This document shows positions 41,980-55,798 of a DNA stretch of 64,000 bases, piece by piece. Made by a program: the position numbers and the translations under genes. Origin of the DNA: the human T2T-CHM13v2.0 reference genome, Homo sapiens; the NCBI RefSeq assembly GCF_009914755.1, contig NC_060947.1. One strand, written 5' to 3'. The notes beneath the pieces are model-generated. The model searched no databases and had not been told where the DNA came from. It saw only the letters and a program-made list of their open reading frames with translations. Positions within the stretch are counted from its first letter, which is position 1; every line of letters starts with the position of its first letter.

Positions 41980-42635
41980 TTTGGTCATAACAATGAAGTG
42001 CTACTTTAGAAGGATGAAGATGGAAAACAAAATGACATGTGCTTTTCCTTAGCAGTAAGTGTATAAACAAAACAGGTTTCAACTACAACACAAACCTATC
42101 TTCAAAATTCTGGTGAAGAAAACATCCATTACTCCAATAGAGAAGTTAATCAAACAAACCACTTAAACAGATCATCATAAAGCTTAACCCACGGTAGCTT
42201 ATAATTTTTAAAAATAACAACTGGAAACCAATATTAAACTTAAGACAATACTGATAATACTCTGATAAGGGTCTTTTCTGAAAATTGCAGGAATTTTAAC
42301 TAACTGTTCATGAGCAGGCCCAGTAAGAGGTCGGTGATATCTCTCAGCTTTTCATGGCAGCCAGCTATCTCTATGGAAGGCTGATTGGACTATTAGGGTC
42401 TACCTTCAATTCTGGGAAAGGCCACCTCTTTATAAATACCAAATTGTAGTAACTCTTACTAATTACTTAGTTACTAGTGAGTATTCATCCGTCCAAAAGG
42501 GGTGTAAAAGGAATGTCTATGGAACCAAAGGGCCCACAGTCTGATTAATACACAAAAAGCCAAAGGAAACCTAAGTGAAGGAGGGTTTTTAGGAGTTACT
42601 TTCAGGATGGAAAATCTATTAATAAAATGGAATCG

Positions 42636-42998
<363 letters not shown>

Positions 42999-43124
42999 TT
43001 AACATTTGCAGAGAAACAGAATCTCCAGAATCTCTAAAATGCAATCCACAGATGATGTTTTGTTATAGATAAAAGCAACTGTTAACATTGGCAGGATATT
43101 TTCATGCCACAACACACTTTAGAT

Positions 43125-43345
43125 AATCATAGCTAACATTCACTGGGCACCTTCTATGTATCCACTACAGCTCTTAAGTGCTTTGCTTCTATTGGTTCAT
43201 TTAATCCTCACAATCACCTCCAGGAGTTCAGGGGCCAGGAAGGTTAAGAAATGTGTCCACAGTCACACAGCCAGCAAATAGCAGAGCTCAGATTTGGACT
43301 CAGGCACAGTTCGGTTTCAAAGCCTATGCACTTAACCACTCTGCC
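43125..43345 (-). mobile_element. MIR
   Basis: tcatttaatcctcacaat...gtcacacagcc...cttaaccact. Confidence 0.75.
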
Positions 43346-43834
43346 AGTCACTTCTCCAGATATTCTGGAATGCTTTCTCATTCATGTGTTACTGATCCTC
43401 CCACCTCAGTCTCCTGAGTAGCTGGGACTACAGGGGCATGCCACCATGCATGGCAACAATAATACATTGTATATTTCAAAATAACTAAAAGAGTAGAATT
43501 GGGAATGTTTCTAACACAGAGAAATACTTGTTCTCAACAGTTGAGACTGTAATTTATTCTCATTTTCATATCATTCTACATTATTACAACAACTGTGCAT
43601 AGATGGTATTCATTTTTGTCATACAAATAGAGAAATTCAGAAGATAGATGGAAAAGCAACTTACTCATTTGGAATACTAAGTACAACAGGAGGCAGAAAA
43701 CCGATGTAAAATAAACAGATTTTGACACTCCAGCTCTCATAGGTGAAGCATATTGAATATAAAGTTGGTATACTTGACGTTATCTAAACAATAAAGTCCT
43801 TAAAATGTTTACTGAAGAAGATACTACAAAATCG

Positions 43835-44660
43835 AAACCACAAAAAGATATCTGCACTCCCATGTTGACTGCAGCATTGTTCACAATAGCCAAGATATAG
43901 AATCAACCTAAGCGCCCATCAGTGGATGAATGCATAAAGAAAATGTACTATAAACACATAATGGAATATTATTCAGCCATAAAAAATGAAATCCCATTAT
44001 TTGCAGCAACATGTACGGAACCGGAAGACGTTATGTTGAGATCAGCCACACACAGAAAGACAAGTATCCCATGTTCTCACTCATGTGTGGGAGCTAAAAA
44101 AAAAAAAAAAAAAAAAAAAATTGAACTCATGGAGATAGAGTAAAATCATGACTACCAGAGTCTGGGAAATGTAGTGAAGATCGGGGGATAAAAAAGGGAT
44201 GGTTAATGGGTACAAAAATACAGTAAGAAGAAATATGATCTAGTGTTTGGTAGCACAATAAGGCCACTATAGTAATCAATATATTTTTAAATCTTTTTAC
44301 AGATAGGGTCTCACTATGCTGTCCATGTTGGAGTGTAGTGACTATTCACAGGTGCAATTGTTGTGCATTACAGCCTTGAATTCCTGGGCGCAAGTGATCC
44401 TCCCACCTCAGCCTCCTGAAACGCTGGTCCTACAGGTGCGTGCTACCATGCATGGCAACAATAATTTATTGTATATTTCAAAATAACTAAAAGAGTGAAA
44501 TGGGAATGTTCCTACCAGAGAAATGATGAATGTTTGAGATGATGGACACCCCAATTACTCTGATTGTGTTACCCTACACATTGTATGCTTGTATCAAAAT
44601 ATCACATGTAACCCATAAATGAGTACTATTATGTGTCCATAATAATTAAAAATATTTTAA
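43835..44660 (+). mobile_element. L1MA-like 3' end with nested FAM
   Basis: ctgcactcccatgttgactgcagcattgttcacaatagccaag...tatcacatgtaacccataaat. Confidence 0.88.
44284..44456 (-). mobile_element. FAM (fossil Alu monomer, 7SL-derived)
   Basis: Single Alu arm retaining the 7SL-like ctattcacaggtgc segment. Confidence 0.8.
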
Positions 44661-44719
44661 AACATACTTTTTTACCTGTTAAATGACTGGCAGTGCAGGT
44701 TTGTGAAATAATTCTTCGT

Positions 44720-44867
44720 GCTATGATGTTACAATGGCTACAGTGTCACAAAGTAATGCGAATTTTTCAGTTCCATTATAATCTCTTCTTACGTTGATCT
44801 TATGGGACCACCATAGTATATATGGCCTGTCATTGACCAAAACGTCATTCTTCAGCACATGACTGTA
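44720..44867 (+). mobile_element. Tigger3-like 3' end
   Basis: aatttttcagttccattataatct...tatgggaccacc...cacatgactgta. Confidence 0.7.
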
Positions 44868-47121
44868 TAGTTTTCCCACCTAAAAGTGATACTTGGTTTT
44901 ATCTGAAGATAGACTAAACAGCTATGTTGGGATTAGAGTATTTTCAATAAAGATGGGTGTGTGTGCATGTATGTGTTTTGGGGGAGGGGTGTTTATTTAT
45001 CTATCTCATTCTATTACAATCTAAAATTCATATAGGGGATCACATTGACACATTAACACTCTGTCATTTCAATCTAGTCTCCGAACTGGTTGAAGCCATA
45101 ACATGATGTAAATTGCACGATGTAGACTAGATTCATTGTGCCACTGTGGGCCTGTTTTCTCATCTGAAAAAGGAGAGGTGCAGAAAATCCTCAAGGTTCC
45201 TTCAGGCAGTCTATGTGACTCACTGCCAGGGCAGGCTTGGCCTTACTAAGGTCGTAAAAATCAATCTAATCTCTCAACAGGGCTGTTTCCATGGAATATG
45301 AGAAAGGAACAAGCTGGCAATATATTAATTACAGCTGTATCTCTTAAACAAACTCGTTGCAAAACTTTACTTCTATCACTACCAAAATGAGTCAATTTCC
45401 CAGTAAATGTGTTGACTGCAATATGCTATTAATGTGGAAACATATCCTGTTGCCTCATTTAGTATCTACGAAGATACCACTGTCAAAGCCATAAATTTAC
45501 AGTGACTATTCCTTTTTCATATCCATGGATGTGACTTCATTTCCTGGCTTAATGGATAATTCCTTGGAAGACCTATAGTGATTTTTAAATAAGCAAAATT
45601 TTACATTTAGACCTGATAGGTGATTTCCTTTTCTAAGTGGTTAGTGGGGAGGGATATGAGAAAACCTTTAATAGATAATCCAGAGAGTGTGGCACACAAA
45701 CACGTACCTCTCTTCTTGCCACTACTGGGCCCTTGTCTGAATCAGAAGATTCAGTACCTTTCTAACTGTACCAACCTGAAACAAAGTACGGTTTCCAGTT
45801 GGTGACAAGAAATCAAAGGAAATCAAATCTGCAATGCAAGGAATGCACTTGTAGGATAAACAAGTACTTTATTACCGTTTACCTCAGGCTGGTAGAAATA
45901 GCAGCCTTTGAGCACAAGCTTGCTGAAGGAACCAGCCCAGCCTCATTCTGAAGGTCCTATACTTCAAACAAAGGGCAGAGGACATTTTCACTCCTGTTAT
46001 CTTTCCCTACAGCAAACATTGTATTTTTATGCACGTGGCACAATGAAAGGCAAGGTGACCGCCAGTGCACCTGGCCGAGGAAAAGCATGCCAGGGCCAGG
46101 ACGTGGATTCCTAAGTATTCCTAAGTATTTACAATGGATCCATTCAACCTGATTGCAAATTGCTAAAACGCTGAGAGGCTCCCCAAATCTAAGTAATGAA
46201 AGCCTCGCCATACATATGGAATTTACTAGCATCTGATTAGAAATACTACATTTGCCAGCACTTCAAACTAATTCCTCTTCCCCCTCAAGGGTCCCCTGTC
46301 TTGTTATACCTTTTCTTATTCTATCCAGGACTCAGGAAAAGTAGCTGTTGTTTGGCCTTGGGAAGCTGGAGAGCAGAAGTATCAGAAACTACATATTTGG
46401 GAATGAGGTAGTAAATGTGGCGGTGGGCATACTGGACTAGGAATCAAACCCTTCCACCAGCTGAGGGACTTTAAGGGCGCAAATAAATTATTCATCCACT
46501 TAAACAATAATAAAAGCAAAATCTCCAAAGCCTGACTATTCTGTTCCCCTCAAAGACTTGGTGAGGATTAAATGAGAGAATTCATGTGAACAAAGTTTTG
46601 TTAGTAGCAATGGTAACAATATTATTTATAAGCATAATAGGTACAAATGGTAAGGAGAAGCTGTTTCATGATAGTGAAAGCAAACTATGGGTGGTTATGA
46701 AACCGGAGTAGGAAAGGTCTGAGAGTTAAATAGAGGAATTAGGATTTGTTCACTAGACAACAGAAAGATACTGACATTTTCAAGGACGGCATCATATGGG
46801 AAATGCTTTTCTCTAAAACTAGTATGAGGGCAATAAGACCAATGAAAAGGACTGGAGTGTGAAGTGGAGGCTTGCTAGGAAGCCAGTGCAATGATGAGAA
46901 GGCCTGGAAACAATGTAAGAATGGCAATGGAAAGCAATCAAACAAAACATGTTTCTTTCCCTAAAAAAAGAGGCAGCACTTTACTAATTTTTTTTCTAAT
47001 TATAAATGTTCAAAGAAGAAAACTCAGAAAATAAAAATAGTACAGAGAAAATCAAAAGCCACCTGTTACCACCATTCATATCTTGACTGATTTCCCCCCA
47101 GTCTCATAGAAAACATTTCAA

Positions 47122-47483
<362 letters not shown>

Positions 47484-48016
47484 TCAAAGAGCTTGGAGAC
47501 TGGCTGGCCAACCAGGAGGCATTCAACAAATATGCAAGGATGGACTGAATTCAAAGCTTTGAGACTGAGAATACAGAGTTGTTATTACAGAGACAGAAAT
47601 GTAACCAAACCAGAGACATGGGCTTAGGGGAGTAGGAGGTTATCCAGCAAAAGGATGTAGCAGGCAGAAATGGAATAGGTTGGTCTCCTGATAAGGGGGG
47701 CAGCCCAGGGAAAGCAGAGCTTCTGTATGGCCACCGCTTATCCTGACAACCAAATCCAAGAGGGCCAGAGGCTGCAGTGAGGATGGTGGTGGCTTCCTGA
47801 TGAGTCAGTACTCGGGCGAGAAAACAAAGAATCCAGCTGGCCCTGAATACAGCCTAGTTTACTTTGCAGCAGGGACCATCACTGAGCCTTACCTTTAACC
47901 CAAGTCACAATGCACACACATATGTTTATATATCCCTATATATGAACACGTGTGTGTGTTTCACTAGAACTCAAAGAGTAACTGAGACTTGACTAAAGGG
48001 GAAAAATGATTAGGAC

Positions 48017-48353
<337 letters not shown>

Positions 48354-49063
48354 TTAAAAAATCAAAATGAACCTAGATTGCCTGTGGCCATTAATATTCA
48401 TTGTATGGAAGTTACTTGTGTCTACATTTTGATGATTGATTGGATTGATCATCTATCTGCATTTTGGAAGGTTTGGGTATGAGGAGGAAAAGATATTTAT
48501 TTCTCCACATGCATTTTACATTTACAACTAATTTGCCATAATTTTGGCAAAATAATTCAAACAGTATATCCCACTTTACATAAATGAACTTATTATGTGT
48601 GCATCCGGTAAATCTGTCCAACTATTAAATAAATACTCAAACTGCTTTAAACACCTAAATATTCACAGTGATCTGCCCAGGAAACCTTCTATAGTTTCAT
48701 CCTAGTCTGTGGTCAAAGACTTCAGATATAACCCAGTTAGTTCTACAGCTAGTTCCATTTTGTAAATCTCAGCCATTGTTAATAGAATTAGAATGGATTG
48801 AGAAACCCTACATAAGAAAAACAGCTCTTAGCACTTGAAAAAACCAAAAACAAAAACATAAGAACACTGTGAATAATGTGATACCGAAAGCATCTTACTC
48901 CTTCAATACTGATAGCGTTACAATTAGAACAACTTTTGAAGAAAGGCCACAAAAAATGTTTATATTATTTTGTCTGGCAATCACACGCCTGAGAATTGAT
49001 CCTATAAAGAAAGCTTCAAAGACAAAAGCTAAACGATAAGGATGTTCATTGTAGCACTATCTA

Positions 49064-49537
<474 letters not shown>

Positions 49538-50022
49538 TCAGTGATGGACATTAGCAGAGAGTATACACCTCTAGACTTTGGAATAATAGGGGAATGTCAA
49601 AGCTACAAAGGACAGTTTTAAAAAAAAAGGACAGCTGTGCTAACAATTTACCAACAGCCATTGAAAGGAGGCTATAATGATAGAATTAGAGAAAGGACTC
49701 AGAGACTAAGAGACTCGCCTACAAAGGCCATTTTCTTATATACATAGGATTTCTGTGGCTAGAGACTTATTTCCTCCCTTGCTGAACTTCTTCCCCTCTA
49801 GCACCTCAATAACTGTGGGGTCCCTGCTGCAGATGGAGATTTCTTTTCCTTCCTCAGCACTGTCTTCTTTCCCAAAACCTAGAGTTCCAGAAGCTGCTTA
49901 CTTACAGAGGTTCCAAATATCCCAAATCCCATACCTACTGCCTACTGAAGAGCTAATATGAGAAAACGAAGCTCTGTGGGTTTTTTAATTAATTTCTAAA
50001 ATATGAAAGAATAAATATGTTA

Positions 50023-50229
<207 letters not shown>

Positions 50230-50697
50230 TCAAAACACAGCACCCATGGATGCCAGCAGAACCTGACATCCAACTCAATTCCAGTAGCAATTCTCAAGAG
50301 TAGCCAGTATTTCCACAGAGTGGGGTTACTTCTAATTTGTGCTAATCTGGATATTTATTATTTTTATGAATCAAGTTAATGATCACTGTATATATATGAA
50401 GTGTGATAACTTTTACATAAACTGTGTCACTGCAAGAAGCGCAAGCTTACACGTACCCTCGACACTTAAATTTCTTCTAAGCCAGAACATAATCCTTGGG
50501 AATTATTGTATATAGGATGTAACTACATCAAAAAATAAGTGTCTTAGCATTAAGAGACATATAACTGGCCCAAAGCACCACCCTCCTTGGACACCAGAGA
50601 TTCAAAAATGTACCACAGTTGGGACTTCTTTATGGAGTCATAAGATCACTGAGCTTCTAGTCCATCATGTATGTGTTCCCACAGGATACTGTGCATA

Positions 50698-51004
50698 GTT
50701 TGTTGTTGTTGTTGTTGTTTTTTGAGACGGAGTCTTGCTCTGTCGCCCAGGCTGCAGTGCAGTGGTGCGATCTCTGCTCACCGCAACCTCTGCCTCCCGG
50801 GTTCAACCCATTCTCCTGCCTCAGCCGCCTGAGTAGCTGCGATTACAGGCACATGCCATCACACCCAGCTAATTTTTGTATTTTTACTGGAGACGTGTTT
50901 CACCATGATGGCCAGGCTGGTCTTGAACTCCTGACCTCAAGTGATCCTCCTACCTCGGCCTCCCTAAGTGCTGGGATTACAGGTGTGAGCTACTGCGCCT
51001 GGCT
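50698..51004 (-). mobile_element. Alu (AluSx-like) with (TTG)n tail
   Basis: Reverse Alu body. Confidence 0.95.
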
Positions 51005-51039
51005 GCGTATTTCTAATTAATAGCTCACATCATGTTATG

Positions 51040-51215
51040 CTGGCATTGATTCAATATGTGTCTATCGTTTTTGGCAGGAGACTTATATCCCCTTGAGGGA
51101 AGGAACCATATCTTGGTCAGTTGTGTGCCAGAAGTATCTACAGTAGAATGGCAGTACCCGGTGGATAGTAGGTGCCCAATATATGTAACAGAATGAATGA
51201 ACATACTGAATGCTT
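51040..51215 (+). mobile_element. L2 3' end
   Basis: ccttgagggaaggaacc...tagtaggtgcccaatatatg...gaatgaatgaa. Confidence 0.7.
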
Positions 51216-52664
51216 GCAATGTTATGTTTTGTTCTCAGATATAAAATTTTAATCATACCTTATATTCACCTAGAAGTTGCCCCTCAAAAAAAGTAAATCC
51301 AAGAAAGCTTTCTGTACCCATAAGCACACTTTAAACTCTAGGAAATTAAATGTTTTAACAGGATACCTAAGATGGCACTAAAAATTGAGATTGTACGCAC
51401 AGCTTTTTATCTGCTCTCCGATATACATACCTAGGTGTTTATTTTCAAAGTTATGAGTTACTTTCAAACATCTCATTTTGCATTTAATATTTTTGTTTCA
51501 CCAACCTAAAAACATGTTCCCTCTTAGTAGTTATTCGAAACACCAACTCAAAGCTTCCTCAATTATTCAATTTAATATTATATTTACAATGTGCTGTTAC
51601 TATACCATATATACGGTAGATTAGAACCTAACCTATACTAAGTAACTACAATATTTAAAGGAGAAAAGCACACAGGTATCCCATCTCATCCGAAATACAT
51701 TTTAAAATGGTTAACAAAAGCTGTTCAGTTATTTTTCTCTCGTTCTGAGGATGAGAAAACTCAAGTGGAAACTACATAAAAGTGAGGGCCAAAATGGTTT
51801 GTGTATTTTGTGGCTTACTCCTGAAGGAGAAATGATCAGTAGGAGACAGAGTGGCTTTTATCTCCTGCCTGTCCTGAAGCTTAGCACATCTCCTCACATG
51901 TGTGGCTAGGCCTCAGGGGAAGAGAGAAAAGACAAGCTAGGCTGAATTTGTTTAATATTCCTACTGAAAAGATTGCTGATAAGCATTTCAAGGGGAAAAC
52001 CAACTGCAGCCTTTCACAATATGAATGGATGGTCACTTGGTCATCTGAACCATCACTCCTCTAGCATTGGCTTTTAATTTGGTTTTACAGTTTTTAAGCA
52101 GAAGAACCCAATGCGTAATCAAAAGGAAATTCTGTAGGGTGGTACGTATCTATCCTTTAAGAAACAGCAAGCTATCTGTCTCTCAAATAATAAAATGTTA
52201 GTCACGTCACGGAATTGGATGTGTCAGTACAACTTGCAGTAAGATGATTATAAAATAAACAATGTTTCTTGAACATGAATGTCACATGGTATTCTTTAAA
52301 TAAGAACCCAAAGACTAGACAAGTGCAGAGATTAAATCTTCACACTTATTTTTCCGACTTACAGAAAGAGGTTAGAAAATCAGACTTTATCCCCTAGGAA
52401 CATGTGTTTTATTCAGACACAGTCAATGTAATGTAAAATAATACCTGGACTGGAAAAGCTAATCCTCATTCTCTACTTAAATGCCTGCAATTTAATGTTT
52501 GACAAGGAATGGCACAAACCAAATTTTATGACACTCTAAAAGCAGTTCTACATCTTACATGAGGAATCTGCTGTCAAATAAGAACAGTCTGTCATTTCCC
52601 ATCTAGAACTAGGGTAATTAGCCAACATTAATAAAAGAATACAGCATTAGTATACACGACTTAC

Positions 52665-52750
52665 ATCTGTACTTGTCTTCCAAATGTGCTTTACACAGGG
52701 AAATGATGCCAGTTTTAAAAGACAGGACACGGATCCTCCCTGTTCGTCCC
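52665..52750 (-). CDS. DMD: Dystrophin exon 66 (86 nt)
   Basis: AATAG acceptor, GTAAGT donor; encodes [28 protein letters not shown]. Confidence 0.99.
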
Positions 52751-53549
52751 CTATTATGAAGAATCAAAGCAGAAAACAATTACTGACCCTTTCCTAGAGG
52801 GTAAACACTTCTAGTTAAGAATAAAGCCTTGAAAAGGAAAAATAAAAGAGTAAAGTGCTCAATGATGTGTGAACTCTATTGACCACTGTTTTATTAAGAT
52901 TGTTTTGAACTTTTCCAAATTCATTATCTCTTTGACTGATGACCTACAATGCAATGGAAGTTCAACCAACTTGACCACTGAATGTTTACCAAGTTTCAAT
53001 TCCTAAAAACCCTTATTTGAACTGCAAAAGTTCTACGTAAATTAAGAAAAAAAAAAATTCTATTCACCTATGGAAAGCCACCTTGGTTTAAGTTGGTAAG
53101 CAGAAGAATTACTAATCTTCACCAATCTACTTTGGTTACTAAAGCAAATTACCTACTTTGGTCATGGAAGCCAAAAAAATTACCAGCAACTAACTGCTCA
53201 GCCCTCTTAAATGCTCAGATCTTCATCAGATTGCCCCTTATTGAAAGAAAATTAATTACTTCAGGCCACATAACACATAATATAGAATATAAATGTTTAT
53301 CTCCGTAAGAAAAATATCATACTCTATTAAACAACATTCAAATATATGATCTAAAAAATAAATTTATAAATAACCTGTTGCTATATCAGTGTTTTAATAT
53401 AGATTGCTTTTATTTGCATAGCATTTTCTATATTTGCATATAGAAAACTGAAATAAAGCATTTCACGTAACAATTAATAAGCTAATTTTATCCATGGGGG
53501 AAAAAAAGGAAAAATAAGAATGAAAAGTTTTCCATTTTGTAGAAAATGT

Positions 53550-54095
53550 CTTTCAAGACATGGAATCAATATGAATGCCCATCAATGAGAAATATGGTAC
53601 ATATACACTATGGAATACCATGCAGCTATAAAAAAGAATGAGATCATGTCTTTTGAACACGGATTAGCTGGAGACTATTATCCTTAGCAAACTAATGCAG
53701 AAACAGAAAAGTAAATACTGCAAGTTCTCACTTCTAAGTGGAAGCTAAATGATGAGAGCTCACGAACACAAGGGAACAACAGATACTGGGGTCTTGAGGG
53801 TGGAGGGTGGAAGGAGGGAGAGGAGCAGAAAAGACAACTGTTGGGTACTGCGCTTAACCCATTTATGCTGGAGGCTGCATATTACTTTTTGTGAAAATCA
53901 GACCTTGGCGATGACCTTGAGCAGTAGGATAGGAATAATTCCCACAAGCTTAGTGTTCCAATAATGGAACACTAGGCATAAATGGGTTAATACCTGAGTG
54001 ATGAAATAATCTGTACAACAAACCCCCGTGACGTGAGTTTACCTATGTAACAGACCTTCACATAATACCCCGAAACCTAAAATTAAAGTTAAAAA
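53550..54095 (+). mobile_element. L1 3' fragment (old L1PA/L1PB-like) interrupted by MER85
   Basis: aagacatggaatcaa...ttatccttagcaaactaatgcag...acaacaaacccccgtgac. Confidence 0.9.
53858..53986 (-). mobile_element. MER85 piggyBac (PGBD3-family) MITE
   Basis: TTAA TSDs at 53854-57 and 53987-90; TIRs cccatttatgc/gcataaatggg; GTTCCA-N4-TGGAAC palindrome. Confidence 0.93.
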
Positions 54096-55531
54096 GTGTC
54101 TTTCAATAGTTTTTTGGCTTCTTATTTTATTACGGAAAGCTACTGGCCCTTAGATATTGGTAAAAAGAAAAAGGAGAAAATATTTCAGAATAATTCGCCT
54201 ATTAGCACTTCAAAATCACAAAGGATAGGTCCCAATGGCGGTTATTTTCGGTGAACAATATGCTCAACTTCCAGCTGCTAAAATTTATTAAATCCCTCAG
54301 TCAAAAAGAAATCCTGGGCACTAATGGACTAACCAAATTCCTATCACTGGAAAATTTTCTTATCTTTCTCCCTCTTAAGAAAAGGTAGATCAAAATTTAA
54401 CAAATCCACTTTATACAGCAACTCAGGTCTTCAAGGAGTTAAAATTGTCACCAAATACTTTTCAGTCAGGTAGAAGGAAGTTATACATTCAGAATGCATT
54501 CACATGTCATCTGCAAAGAAAACAGTGCCAAAATATATTTGAGGGGAAACCTGAATACAAACTCTTATCAAAACTAATGTGAACGTAGTTCACAATTGAA
54601 ATCCGACATGTTCAAGGACTTGGTAGATGACTATGATGAATGTAATAGTCAGGTGGTCCTGAAATTTTAAAAAGCAATACCTTATCAAAATAAGAAAGAA
54701 AAAAAGGTATAAATTTTAGTTCAAAAGGTAGTAGAAGTCTACAACAAAGGTAAAAGGCAAAACAGTTGTTTTGCAACTCTTTTCAGAAAACCTTCCCAGA
54801 TTTCCAAATGGGAGTATGTTCTTGATTGGTGAAATGAGGCATGTAATAATTTTGAGATCTAAGAAGAATTTAGGCAAAATTAAGACCAATTCCTTCTGCT
54901 CCCTTCTTCAATTGTCTTCATTAAGCTCAAGAAAAAAAAAAATCAGAACTGGGGATATCTCCCTTGTGTGCAATCCAAAACAAACAATTGTTCTCTAAGA
55001 GAGAGTGATGAATGGAGGCGCCAAACTGAAACTTCATAAAATCTTATTAAAAAACAAAAGAAAACGAAAAATGTTCTCAGTTTGAGAAGCTAAGTTTGCT
55101 GTATTAAGGGCTTGTTTTCATTTTGTTTGGCCTATCAATTCATAATCTTCTGCAAAAGTGTCCTAAGTATCAGCTAAGACCATTCTGATCTGGAGACAGG
55201 TGTGCCAGTATCTCCAGGAGCACAGCCATGGCCGCCAGTGAGAGGAAGCCACCCCTGAAGTGCATGGAAGAATTCCAAAATCCATGGGCGAGAAAGGGAA
55301 AGAACCAAAGGCTATATGTCGACTCATTCCACTATTTGCAAAATGAGTGTCTCAGGGTTTTGTTTGTTTTCTAATCTGAGAGCAATCTACATTCTGGCTC
55401 TTAACTCCTAGCTTATCAAAATATTTTTCAAGTCATAAATGCAAAAATGATTTATCACAGGAAGAGCATTAGGTCCACAGCTTCCAGGGCCCTGTTGTAA
55501 TGCTAATTACACTTCACCATTCTGTACGCTA

Positions 55532-55798
<267 letters not shown>

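Noticed and set aside
41695-42082. K/E/R-rich and L/S/F-rich ORFs
   Set aside because: Artefacts of the GA low-complexity tract
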